A DNA stretch of 37,432 nt. Source: Phoronis australis. Taxonomy: Eukaryota; Animalia; Phoronida. The position numbers and the translations under genes were made by a program. The notes beneath the pieces are model-generated. The model did no database searches. It worked only from the letters and a program-made list of their open reading frames with translations, and had not been told where the DNA came from. Of this stretch, positions 26,637-37,432 are shown one piece after another. Position 1 is the first letter of the stretch. Every line of letters starts with the position of its first letter. The stretch is taken from the NCBI GenBank assembly GCA_002633005.1, contig NMRA01000582.1, forward strand, positions 1 through 37,432, read 5' to 3'.

Positions 26637-26755
26637 GTAGCCACTGTTGTTTGCACACTCCAAGTGTTGCAGACTCCAACATTTGACCCTCTTTTCCTAA
26701 TTGTTGTAGTTGTGTTTCATGTGTGATATACTCAGTGTGACTTGTATACTTTCAG

Positions 26756-26851
26756 ATTTGTCTGCTTCCCAGAGGAAGTTTGCCCAGAACCTGAAGGACT
26801 TTCACTTTGAGTGTATCGGTGAACAGCAGACGGATGATGAGCAGACGATAG
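26756..26851 (+). CDS. GRAF-family RhoGAP coding exon 2: (N)LSASQRKFAQNLKDFHFECIGEQQTDDEQTI
   Basis: Acceptor tttcag and donor G|GTAACA. Contains the F.F.CIG...TDDE motif of GRAF BAR domains. Phase matches exon 1. Confidence 0.96.
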
Positions 26852-26965
26852 GTAACAATATGCCTAGATCTGGGTTTTGTACAGGTGATAGATTCAACAG
26901 CCAGATGTAGGTTTTGGATGATTAGCAGATGATAGGTAGTAACACCTAGACATAGGTTTTGGTAC
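26840..26965 (+). repeat. Degenerate ~42-bp tandem triplication spanning the exon 2 splice donor
   Basis: agcagacgataggtaacaatatgcctagatctgggttttgtac versus agcagatgataggtagtaacacctagacataggttttggtac, with a more decayed copy between them. Confidence 0.7.
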
Positions 26966-29152
26966 TGTCAGTTTTTATGTGTGTTGAATATAAGAAGAGT
27001 GTCTAAGTTGTGAGCACATTGTCACCTGTACTGGCTCCTGATGGAATGGAAATAAACAGATAAATTGCAGTGTAGTGTAGATTCTGATAAAACATGTTAA
27101 GTTTTCAGTGACAATCGTTTCTCATGATACAAACATTGAAGGGAGGTTATCTGTGGGAAATAGTAATTTTCTGTGGTCAACCTCAGCGCCGATTCCAACC
27201 TGCGGTCGCAGTCTAAAGCTCAGCTGGCAAAGCTAAACTGCACTCAATAAATGTCAAGAGTATTTCAAGTTCGTTTAGCTGGTAAAGTCAATGGCCTTTA
27301 TTTTACTGATCATCTGGCAGACAATGGCGAGAATTGGCGATTTGCAATAAAATGTCACAAACACAACAGATTTTGTTGTTATAGCTCTGGTCAAAGCTAA
27401 TAACTTCGGGAATTTCCCCCCATCCAACATCGATTCCAAAAACATGTTTTCTAGCTTTAAAACAGAAAATGTCCTTTTAACTGTAAGTATTCACTGGGTT
27501 TATTTCCACATGTGTCTTGAGAAACTGTTGTAACAGAAAATTTTGGCTGCTGTTTTCTTCTCTGCCATTTCTTTCATTATTTGGTTGTTTCGTGAAGGTG
27601 TTGACATGGGAATCGCATCGTGAAACATGGTTTATTTGGTTCATTCATGGTCAACAACTCAGTTGCTAATGTGTTCTCAAAGATACCATTTTGTAGCAGT
27701 CATTAAAAACAGCCCTGCTTGTAAGTTGGTCTACAAATTTTTATTGCACTGGTTAATCCAGTTCAAAGTAGCCTCTGTAGTTAGTGACCTGCTGGTAGAA
27801 TATGATGGTCAAAGATGTATTGGTGTAATGGTCTATCATACCAGTATACCATGTCAATATCAGACCACAATGTCTATCTGGTCCCGGGGGTACTCCCATG
27901 AAAGATGAACTGCGGGCTGTGCTGCTCTGACGTGTGACTTTTCATGGCAGGTGTTTTCTAAGGGAGGACACTTTTTTGGAAAAATTACTCCACGAAATGG
28001 TGCTTTTTCTAACACAATTCCCTACCGAGTGATTGGTGGGTTTTTTGTAATTAAACGCTACAAAGTGTTGTATCTTTAGAACAATACCCTACTTTATCAC
28101 AGAAGCTCCCTATAAGTTGTTCCCCTTTTTCAAATTCACTCCCGAATTAGTGGGTATCCTAATCTTTCAGTTTCAGCTGTTGCCCCCCCCAAGTTGATGT
28201 TAAGTTATTGACTGAGAAAACACCTCTAGAACGGAACATTAATGCATCAACCAACCACTCACTGTTTCTCTTGCTGCTAATGAGTCACTGTTGTTTCCAC
28301 TTACCACTCACTGTTGTTTGTTGCCACTAGAAAAGGTCTATTGCTAATTATGCTGCAAACAACTGGGTCCATCTGCTCCTTTATTATTCTCAGAAAGTGG
28401 AGTGGATTTGTTGTTGCTTATTTTGATTTTAAAGGTTTTGCTTTTAAAGCTAATTAATTTCTGGGGTCGTGTCAGAAACCAAGAAAAAATGAATTTGTTT
28501 AGACTGCATCAACAGGATGGGTTAGACCACAAATGCATTAAAACAGAAACTAAGCTTACAGTAACATGTCACTGTTGGACGTGGGACGTGAATTATGTCT
28601 GTACTGGTGGTCACGGATTGTATGGATGATTTGTGGAGGAGTGTAGTGGCTTTTTACTGAGTGTAAGCCATAGAAATGATGGCTCCACCTGTCACTCTCT
28701 GGAGGCATGCTATAGAGATAAACCTTTGATGTTTCTACTAGTGTGATGAAGTGTCAGTTCCCTGAAGAAGGTTGTTGTGACTGGCTGTGTTAAAAATAAA
28801 CTGACTGTAACAGAACTGGGATTCTCAGATCGTTACCTGATAAGATCTGTCTGCTTCCTGAATCTTTGTTGGGTCTTGCAGGGCTAATGTCTTTGAAGCC
28901 GAGTACCTAATTCATCATGACTTACTGAAGAGACCAGGGTTGTTAATTGTCTCACTTTTGGCAAGTCCCATCCCACTTTTTGTAACGTTGTTCGCATCCC
29001 TCAGCTGCGTCGGAATGTCCCACTATTGCTTTCAGTCTCTATCTACGTTATACGTGAGTTATAGGTGATGGTGAACATCCAAAGAACCCTCTACTTCCCT
29101 AGTAACAACTTACTTTAATGGGTGGCCATTATGTGGAAGTACGGCTAACATA

Positions 29153-29501
29153 AGTGCCATCCACACACTGACTTACCCTAGAACACGTTACTCCTGGAAC
29201 AAGTTGTCACTTGGTTTGAGTGTTGTCTGGACGCTATTTAAACTAGTGCAAGTTACCAACTAGTGACAACTTACTTCACCTTATCGAGGTGGGGTAAATT
29301 GTTCTTGGGTAACTTATAGTTCCCGTGTAGCCTCAAAATTGGGGTAAGGTGGAACGCGGAAGTAATTTTCATATGCGATTACATACAGACGGGATTTTTC
29401 TTGCGCACCGTATTGGCATTAGGTTTCATTGTCACGCTCTTAAAAGTGGGATAAGTTGTACTAGTACGTGTTGTTCTAGGGTAGGCTGTGTGAAGATGAC
29501 T
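29153..29501 (+). mobile_element. MITE family A copy with both termini and an internal deletion
   Basis: agtgccatccacacactgacttaccctagaac ... gttctagggtaggctgtgtgaagatgact. Confidence 0.85.
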
Positions 29502-29820
29502 ATTGGCACTTATCAACTCACCTTAGTCTATATCTAATGCCCAAATGCCTTACATACTCTTAGCTCTCTGTTGCCATCTAGTAATGTGTTTGGGTTAATA
29601 AGATTTCTTGCTTGGCCTATGATGCCACAAGTAATTTTTAAAAATGTACTTTAAAAAGGAGGTAAATGCAATGGTTGAGCATGAAAACCAACACACGCGG
29701 CAAGATCACCTGAAATGTGTTAAACATTTGCTAAGGTGAGAGGCAACTGAGACTGTTTTCAAGTACCTGTGCGTAATGTTGTGGGAGTCATATACTTTGT
29801 GAAATAAAGTGACTGCTTAG

Positions 29821-30240
29821 CAGGGATTCATCTAGGTGTGGTCATGGCCATCATTGGGATGGTTATTTTTAAAAAATGGCAGCTTGGACGGCACGGCAAT
29901 GAGAGAAAGGGGACGGCCTGTTTAAGGACAACCTTGGTGAAAACGACGGCTAAACGAAAACTTTTAACATTTCCAAAAAAAATAAATTTTACTGAAATGT
30001 ACAATTTGTTATTTTAGATTGATCAATATTCAGACATAAACGGAGATCACAGGCTGTTTATTAACGTTTGTTTTTACCATTAATGTCATACTGAGTCTGC
30101 AAATGCTGGCAGCCATGTTTTTTGGGGGAATACCTCCCTGTCCTCTGACGCCAGGGTGACCTCATACTGAATCCCAGCATATGGCCAGAGTCGATCTCGC
30201 AAGTTTAGACTGCGGATCACAAATCCTAGAGGAGTCCCTG
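29821..30240. mobile_element. hAT-superfamily non-autonomous element (420 bp)
   Basis: Inverted termini cagggattcatctagg / cctagaggagtccctg. Perfect 8-bp target-site duplication ctgcttag at 29813-29820 and 30241-30248. Confidence 0.9.
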
Positions 30241-30318
30241 CTGCTTAGTACAAGATAGCAGCTATTTTAACTTTTTAAAACTGGAGGATCATTGTGTTCA
30301 ACTCGTCTTATTCTTCAG

Positions 30319-30380
30319 CTGAGTCTCTACGTTACCTTGGAAACCTTATTGATGAAGTGGAAAATGCCCGAGACACAATG
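30319..30380 (+). CDS. GRAF-family RhoGAP coding exon 3: (A)ESLRYLGNLIDEVENARDTM
   Basis: Acceptor ttcttcag and donor ATG|GTGAGA. Phases fit exons 2 and 4, and the peptide fills the expected BAR helix segment. Confidence 0.9.
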
Positions 30381-30906
30381 GTGAGATTTTTTTATTTGAC
30401 AGTTTCCGTTTTATTTGTGGTGATGTAATCATCTTGTCAGACGTTCATGTTCCATGGTGTTGGTCCGTTACAGGAATGATGTAAGATTTCATAGTTTTAA
30501 CTAAAACCTCTGGGGGATCATGTTTCCGTAGTTTTCAAAATCGAAATTACAGAAATTTTAAAGGAAAATGAAATGAATTCTATTTATACAAGAATTTGAC
30601 ACTGATTTGTGTTTCAGTGAATTAGTGCACCGGTCAAGTGGTCAAGCACAATACATATTTCTGCATGATAAACTTTTGAGTGTTCCAGAATGGCACTTAT
30701 CATGTCAAGATGGAGAATGTCATTGACACGCAAGTTCACGCAAGACTTCGCGAGATATCGCTGTGTATTCATTACAAGTGAACTACATGATCATGCTAGT
30801 TTTACTCGAAGAATTCTTGTCAAATTTTTAGCAGCTTGGATGGTTTTGAATTCTACTTTTCAAATGTCTTCATGTAGAAGTAAGCCAGTTGTATCGTGTG
30901 TTTCAG

Positions 30907-30978
30907 CTGGATCACGCCCAAAATGAGTTTATTCAGTCGATGGAGTCTTTTAGGAAAGAACACATTGGTAAAGCTAAG
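30907..30978 (+). CDS. GRAF-family RhoGAP coding exon 4: LDHAQNEFIQSMESFRKEHIGKAK
   Basis: Acceptor tttcag and donor AAG|GTAAGT. Contains the E.FRKE.IG..K motif. Confidence 0.95.
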
Positions 30979-33879
30979 GTAAGTATTGCCTGGTGTGATT
31001 GGATTGTCAATGTGTCTCTGAACTTTGAACTCTTAGAAGTAGATTGTAGTGTGATCATTTTTGTAAGTATTACTCATAAAAGTGACGCGTTGCAAACCTT
31101 TCGTTTAGCGCCCATTCATCTTTTTATGGTTAGAAATTCGTGTGATATCTCCACTGAATTGTGGGAAGTCGGAATTCCCGACAGAATGAAAGTAACCAAA
31201 GATAGGAGAGAATGTAAATGTCCAGTCAACAGGTATTTACACAGTAAAAATGTCAAAGGTCACATGGGGTGGACGACCCTGGTGACACTGGGGAATATTC
31301 TTCAACTCAGCGCAGAGTGGTCTGGAGAGGGTTGGAGGCTTTTGAAAAGAACTATTATGGGCATACTTCAGGCATTTTGTTGAAATTCTCATCATCATCT
31401 AAGGAACAGTAAGGACAAAAGGTGCGGCCATGATCAGTCACCATACTGATAGTGTGATAGTGTTAGTGTTTCATTGTGATAGTGTTTAATTTTATCACGT
31501 GCATGAATGTTGCAAGATCTTTAATCTTCCCAATCGAACATTTGCTGTTGCCTGAGCCAAGTAATATCCCTTCAACCGATTTGTATTAGGCGGGTTACTT
31601 AAGTCAGGCTAGGCTAGCAGTTAAGGAGACAATGATTGGGAGAGCTAATACTTAATGGCCCAAATCAGAGTTGAGTGAAATCAACAGGCAGCCATATTTG
31701 GGACAAGTGTTGTAGTGATTATCATCATCCTGCACTTTAAAGGTCACGGTTGAGGTAGAGGTCACATTGTGTGTTTATGTGAGGTGCAGATTCCCACCCA
31801 ACTCACTCATTGACGGGTAAAACATATGGTGTCACTGATAGCCATGCTGAGTTAGCAGCTGACTGTCTTGTAGTGAAGCCAAGCTCTTGTATAAAATTCC
31901 AAGCATGACACATAATTTAATAAGCATGCCTCAGTTTTTCTTCTGAGTCTCTTCTATTAGGTCTTCTGACTGACCCAGCAGGTCGAAGGGTATGATGGAA
32001 CATTCAGTTAGACAGCTGTGTTAGTTTAATTATATTAGTATGTCTTGTCCTCCATGTTACAAACAAAACTAACATTTGATTAGCCAACCAACTTGTTGGG
32101 CCTGAAACATATTCAAAAATGCCAATGTTTGCAGTTGGCCTAGTCCATTAGAAGTGATGCCCTGAGGTCCCTGACTGTTCACCTCTGCTACTGTTGGAAG
32201 TCTGTGCTGGTTATTAGCTGTTGGTTGATGTCCATTAGGTTACAGACATCCTGTAGGTTGATTGTGGTTAGAAAGAAAACCTGCCTGAATTCTCAGACAT
32301 ATTAGTTAACTTGTTAACCAACCAGGACAGAAACCTAGGCCTCTCACACTGAACAGCAGACTGTTTTAGGTTAAGTCGAAGTCCAAATGTTTATTTAATA
32401 AAAATTCCATTTGTTTTATAGATTTCTCTGGTGAACGCCTCTGCACTGCATGCCAGTGAGTCTGGCCTGTCTTCAGTGTTTATTTTCCCCTGGTTGAACG
32501 TTTCTGATATTAAAAACCTGAGCACACTTGGACATAATACGTAGTACTTACTTCCCTTGTGTACTTTTGTAGGAACCTGCATTTTTCAATAGATCTGCAG
32601 TCTTCCAAGAGTTGGTCAAGTTATGCTTAGGAGTTTTGACGATGTCTAAATAATGTACACTTTAACAATTTTTTGAGAGGTTAGCAAAGTGTACCAAAGA
32701 TGGAATGACTCACACCTTTGTTATGGCATCTTTGGCAGTGGGGGGGAGGGTTGGTGCTAAATTCAGTAGTAGCTATCTTATATTTACCTGCCAGTTTTAG
32801 GCTACTAGAGGCAAATAATCCATGTACAATACCATACAGTTGACTGGGTGCAGGAATACCCCTTGAAACTTTCATAACAGGGCAAGTTGAGGTATTAAAT
32901 GAAGTGGTAGTCTTCAATGCAGGTGACAGATTGCTATTAAATCTAGGTACACCAGGGATGGGCTTGTTGTAATTTAAAAGTTTTGTTAGCTACAGGGTGA
33001 AACTAACGCATGGTGAGGCTCTTGGATAATTCAAAGGTAGTTTAATGTCATGTAGGACCCTAGAAAATTGTTCAGCTTTGGCTAACTTCAGAACATCACG
33101 TCTTGGAAATGCCTGGTTGGATTCATCTAGTTTTCAACTACTTTGCTGTGTACACCATTCTCCAAAACGCTGTTGTTTTTAAGTAGTTTCATTTTTCCAT
33201 GAGGGGCTGTCAAAACCAATACATTTATGATTTCCATTTTAAGTTGCATAAAACGTTAAAGGAAGTGATGTTTTAGAAAACTTTGAAATCTCACGTTGAA
33301 CATTCTTATCAGTTAAATTGGATTGTGTGATATGGTACGGTTGTTTACCTATCTATGTACCTCTCTTTTTGCTACATTTTATTGAAACGACGTGCTCGCA
33401 CAAACATAATTGTTAACAGATTGGTAAAAAGCAAAAATAAAACTTTTACAGACTTTTTACTTTGAAAAATACACACTTTTACTCGGTTAAAATCTAAAGT
33501 TTCTCAATATTTTGCTAAACGCACAGTCGTTGATAAGGTCACACGTGCCTTGATATTTAGTTTGTTATGCTTACAACAGAAATTGTTGTATCCTTCTTCA
33601 CAAACAGTAGCTACACATGGCTCTTTCCTCGCCACTGACTCTAGTCACAAGATAACAGTGACAGTTTCCTTGATAATTGAGGCATCCTGCTTGTTGCCCA
33701 TTCACTGCGGTGCTAAGCTGAGTGTGCTGAATTATCCACAGAGATTGAAGAGACATCTGGTGACCAGTGGGTAATATGAGGACAGGCAGGCAGCCATGAT
33801 CTGAATATTCAAGTTGACCTCGAAATTCAGGCCACAAAGTGTTGTTGATTGTTTCACATCCCGTTACTTGACATAAGAC

Positions 33880-34152
33880 CTGGGACCTGTTTCATGAAAA
33901 GTGACTTTAGGTCAGGAATTTGGCCTTAAGCTCCACACAACTATTTCTGTAAAATAAGTTAATCTCACTTGAGCGAATGTACAAACTTTGGGAATATGCA
34001 CATGACGTGAAGTTACCAAGATGTTTTTTATAAATTATTTCTAGACTGTGATTCGCTCATAATTACTTGGCCTGAACATCTTTTTCAGCAATTGTTAAGT
34101 GGGAGCATAAGAACAAATTTCTGTCTTAACTCACTTTCATGAAAGAGGCCCA
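33880..34152. mobile_element. Foldback MITE (~270 bp) with long imperfect terminal inverted repeats
   Basis: tgggacctgtttcatgaaaagtgactttaggtcaggaatttg versus the reverse complement of the right end, tgggcctctttcatgaaagtgagttaagacagaaatttg. Confidence 0.8.
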
Positions 34153-34169
34153 ATGAGGGAGAGCGAAAC

Positions 34170-34553
34170 ATCGTTCACATGCACTACAATACCGGAAATA
34201 ATTCCAGCATTTATTTCAGTATTATCTTACTAGGAATTATTGAACTATCAAGATGCTAAAGTGACAGAACACAGAGTCATTTAGTTTTGCTGGAATTTAT
34301 TCCAGAAATTTTGTAGCGTTTGTTTTGCAATGTTATCGGTCACAACTCATGACGATCTAAAGAATAAATTCGATTAACTCCATTCTCAGAGTGAGGGTAG
34401 TTAACTTGAAAGGCTACGTGTAGGATGAAACCTCAACTTGGCGGAATTCCAAGTTATTTGGGTACATGGAAAGTTAGTTGACTCCAAATAATTCCTGCAA
34501 AAAAGGGGTTCTTGTAAATATTACTGAAATTCTGAAGTACATGGGAACGTATC
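34170..34553. mobile_element. Possible decayed MITE with an internal hairpin
   Basis: Outer ends cgttcacatgcact / agtacatgggaacg. Inner inverted pair ggaaataattccagca / tgctggaatttattcc. Confidence 0.45.
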
Positions 34554-34669
34554 AAGTGGGTTTTACTTGTGAGTTGTCGGTTTCAAATAAAAAGCTATGA
34601 ATAGACTTTTATGAAATTTTCAGTACAGATTGAGAACGTAGACCTTTCATTGGGAGTTAACATTTGCAG

Positions 34670-34670
34670 N
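34670..34670. other. Single N (assembly gap or ambiguous base)
   Basis: 'n' in the sequence, immediately before MITE family B copy 2. Confidence 0.99.
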
Positions 34671-35076
34671 GGAACAGCTGTCACAGTGCGAGTTGTCACG
34701 ACGCGACTTGCTCCACTTAGTCACATTTACACACCAGATTGCAAGCTGGACCAGCATGAATCATTTATGTGAAGACTGTCTGCGCATGTTTGCCTAAACA
34801 GTAGCGAACATCCAAACCACATGGAATGCTAGCGAATCATCCGTATATACACTATTGTACAAGCGTAACAGGGCTGATCCTCCTGCCCCAGTTTGTGTTG
34901 AAACTGGGGTAACTGATCGAGTGCAACTCGCTGAGCCTCTCAAACCGGTGTCAAGAAAGGCCGCTGCAGTGTCAATGTGCTCCGCATCAGTTGTGTTTGC
35001 GCACACACTTGCGCCCAATCAGCCGTTCCTTGTTAGCTTCTCCGTGACAACTGTCTCTCATGTAAATGCAGCTTTA
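34671..35076 (+). mobile_element. MITE family B, copy 2 (left terminus missing at the N)
   Basis: Collinear with 22423-22783. Right terminus tgtaaatgcagcttta. Confidence 0.8.
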
Positions 35077-35536
35077 GTTCTTCACTTCTCTTGATGGCAG
35101 GGTTTATAATTACTTTAATGACTTCCCCCAACAGATGTCAGTGTAAATAACCACTTCATCTTCTTTCAAGGATCCCACACCTATGACTGACATAATTAGT
35201 ACACTCAGTGGCCATTTCCCATAATTCATTGCACAGGTTACTTCTGCATGTTGTCCATAAAACGTGCTAGTGTATTGCTGGTTATGGATATATTTAAAGG
35301 AAGGAAAGTCAAAATGTGAATTCACAATGCACCTTTCTGAAGGCATTGTTTGCTTTACTATTCAATATGTTCACAGAAATGCATTTTGCGTTTAAAAAAC
35401 AATAATTGCTACAACCAGACAATAAAAAGTAAGGCAGAACTGGGGCATTGTAGGTATGGTTTTCTCTGTTGCACTTCTAGATTTTGGGACGAGGCTATTA
35501 AATTTTATACAAAATCTTTTCGCTTGTGCTTTTTAG

Positions 35537-35641
35537 GAGGAAAGGAAGAAATTCGAGAAACAAACAAGAAACTATTGTCAGTCTGTGGAGAAACACCTTG
35601 CACTGAAAACCTCAAAAGTTTCCGACAACAGCTTACAAGAG
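35537..35641 (+). CDS. GRAF-family RhoGAP coding exon 5: EERKKFEKQTRNYCQSVEKHLALKTSKVSDNSLQE
   Basis: Acceptor tttttag and donor GAG|GTAAGG. Matches the E.KKK(F/Y).K.T..YC...EKHL.L...LQE pattern of GRAF proteins. Confidence 0.95.
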
Positions 35642-35685
35642 GTAAGGTACACGGTACTAAATAGTAAGGTACAGGGTACTAAATA
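35642..35685 (+). repeat. 22-bp tandem duplication beginning exactly at the exon 5 donor
   Basis: gtaaggtacacggtactaaata followed by gtaaggtacagggtactaaata. Confidence 0.95.
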
Positions 35686-36528
35686 GTGCTTCTTTTTGAG
35701 TGGTGGTAAATAGACAAACTTATTATCTTGACTGTGATGTTACTGTTATTGTTATTATTATTATTGTTGTTGTTCTTATTAGAAAAAAATTAATACCAAC
35801 AAGTGCTGTCTGCTGATCTATCTTGAAAAATAGTCAGTTGGATTCTATTTTTAGGACCATCGTGAAATCTGATGTTGGCATTTGAAAGCTGTTCTGTACT
35901 TTTACAATGGATCACAGCACAGTCTTATTCCTGTACTGCTGCTGGTTTTGTTGTTGTCATAAGGAGTCACTGTAAGGAATTGTATGACGCAGCAGCGCAG
36001 CCTTTTAATGCATCACAGATCAAAACTGATAAACTGAATGTTTTCTTGAATTTCCCTTATTAACTTTCTTGTGGGTGTCATCAAAGTTCACCTTGTGTTA
36101 TCTTGTCTGTAGGGCAGCTGTTGTGTGACCTTCGTTTCCTTCTCTCACTGTGTGGACTAACTTATTATGGGACAGGGTTATCTCCTAAGTAACAAAATCG
36201 GAGTAACCACACATGGAGCTGATACAAACCAGTCTGACATCAAAAAACTTTTAATTTGGACAACTTAACTTTTATTGAATTGGTCGTGACTGTTCTTTCT
36301 TACTTAAGTCAGCACAAATTCACTTGACAGTGTGGTTCATTTTGTGCGCTGTGTGTGACTTTGAGCATTATTGAAACAACCTCCAATTTGAGTTAGGAAC
36401 TAGTCGAGACCAGTTATGTAGTGGTAAATCCTGTAAATCAAAAGTTAAATTTCTTTGATGGAATGTAACTTTAGCTATGATGGCAAGTTCACCCCAGTTT
36501 GTACCCGTGTATCATTAATTACTTGTAG

Positions 36529-36639
36529 TCTGATGCTCAGTTAGACATGGAGAGACGACAGTTCCACCACGCATCCATGCACTACGTCCTCTGTCTGCAG
36601 GAAGTGCAAGAACGCAAGAAGTTTGAGTTTGTCGAAACT
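36529..36639 (+). CDS. GRAF-family RhoGAP coding exon 6: SDAQLDMERRQFHHASMHYVLCLQEVQERKKFEFVET (gene continues beyond the window)
   Basis: Acceptor acttgtag and donor GTAAGT. Contains the QEVQERKKFEFVE signature. Not present in the supplied ORF track. Confidence 0.96.
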
Positions 36640-36803
36640 GTAAGTTAAGTTTTTGCGTTAGATTGTGCAGTCATCTTAGGTATGATCTACCAATGATGTG
36701 TTACACAACATTGAGTAATGCCAGAGTGACCACCTCCAATACAAGCTGTAATGAAACCTTCAGTATCATGGACCAGTCCAGAAATGAGCCATGTGCCTTG
36801 GTC

Positions 36804-36901
36804 TGAGCCCCATGTTTTAAACGGAGTACTTGCCCTGTGACATCATCACTCGTGAGCCCCATGTTTTAAACGGAGTACTTGCCCTGTGACATCATCACTC
36901 G
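36804..36901. repeat. Perfect 49-bp tandem duplication
   Basis: tgagccccatgttttaaacggagtacttgccctgtgacatcatcactcg x2. Confidence 0.96.
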
Positions 36902-37197
36902 CCATTGTGGATTTTAATCACGAAGCTAGGGTGATGAACGGGGTCTTAATTTGTGTGTAGTCGTGTTGGTATTTAAACTCCAGTTGCTGGTCACAGTAAA
37001 GTATTCATTCATCGACTGAACCTAATACCACTGTTTCCGATACATGACACATCAAGTATTCTAAGATCATTACTAAAATTACCTTCAGAACTGTCTCTGC
37101 AAACCTAATTATCGCCGCTACCAATAACAGTTTGCACCAGTGTCGTAGAACTACAACATTCTGAATTAAATACCTTCATGACAATGACATCACTGCT

Positions 37198-37432
37198 GTA
37201 GGGTGAACTACTCCGGTCAGGTTCATGTTATGCATGTGAACTACTCCTTGTAGGGTCTGGTTCATGTTATGAATGGAATGTGATTTACTCCATGTAGGGT
37301 CAGGTTCATGTTATGAATGTGAACTACTCCATGTAGGGTCAGGTTCATGTTATGAATGTGAAGTACTCCATGTAGGGTTAGGTTCATGTTATGAATGTGA
37401 ACTACTCCATGTAGGGTCAGGTTCATGTTATG
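37198..37432. repeat. Minisatellite, 39-bp unit, about 6 copies, runs off the window end
   Basis: gtagggtcaggttcatgttatgaatgtgaactactccat repeated; copies are more decayed toward the left edge. Confidence 0.96.

Noticed and set aside
27883-28190. Element starting cccgggggtactccc and ending in a C tract
   Set aside because: The termini are too decayed to call boundaries with confidence.
30889-31383. Longest ORF (164 aa) as a standalone gene
   Set aside because: Only 30907-30978 resembles GRAF and it is bounded by strong splice sites. The rest is read-through into the intron.
35740-35780. (tta/ttg)n simple repeat
   Set aside because: Ordinary short low-complexity intron sequence.

Overview
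This is AT-rich, intron-containing eukaryotic DNA from an invertebrate animal; the species cannot be determined from the sequence. It holds two genes arranged head-to-head, with only 330 bp between their start codons. On the minus strand is a complete 8-exon ZNF330/NOA36 gene (10482->1193; 951 nt, 316 aa; Cys-rich nucleolar zinc-finger protein with an acidic tail). On the plus strand are the first six coding exons (600 nt, 200 aa, BAR domain) of a GRAF/oligophrenin-family RhoGAP (ARHGAP26/ARHGAP10/ARHGAP42/OPHN1-like), which continues past the window end. All exon junctions were traced by hand, are GT-AG and keep the reading frame. The introns are densely filled with short non-autonomous DNA transposons (MITEs), two with perfect 8-bp target-site duplications and two families present in several copies, plus several minisatellites. 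Most ORFs in the supplied track are chance ORFs or exon read-through. I found no convincing new biological system. The most notable points are the compact bidirectional arrangement, possible ancient ZNF330-GRAF linkage, and local tandem duplications that copy functional signals (the ZNF330 stop codon and two GRAF splice donors).
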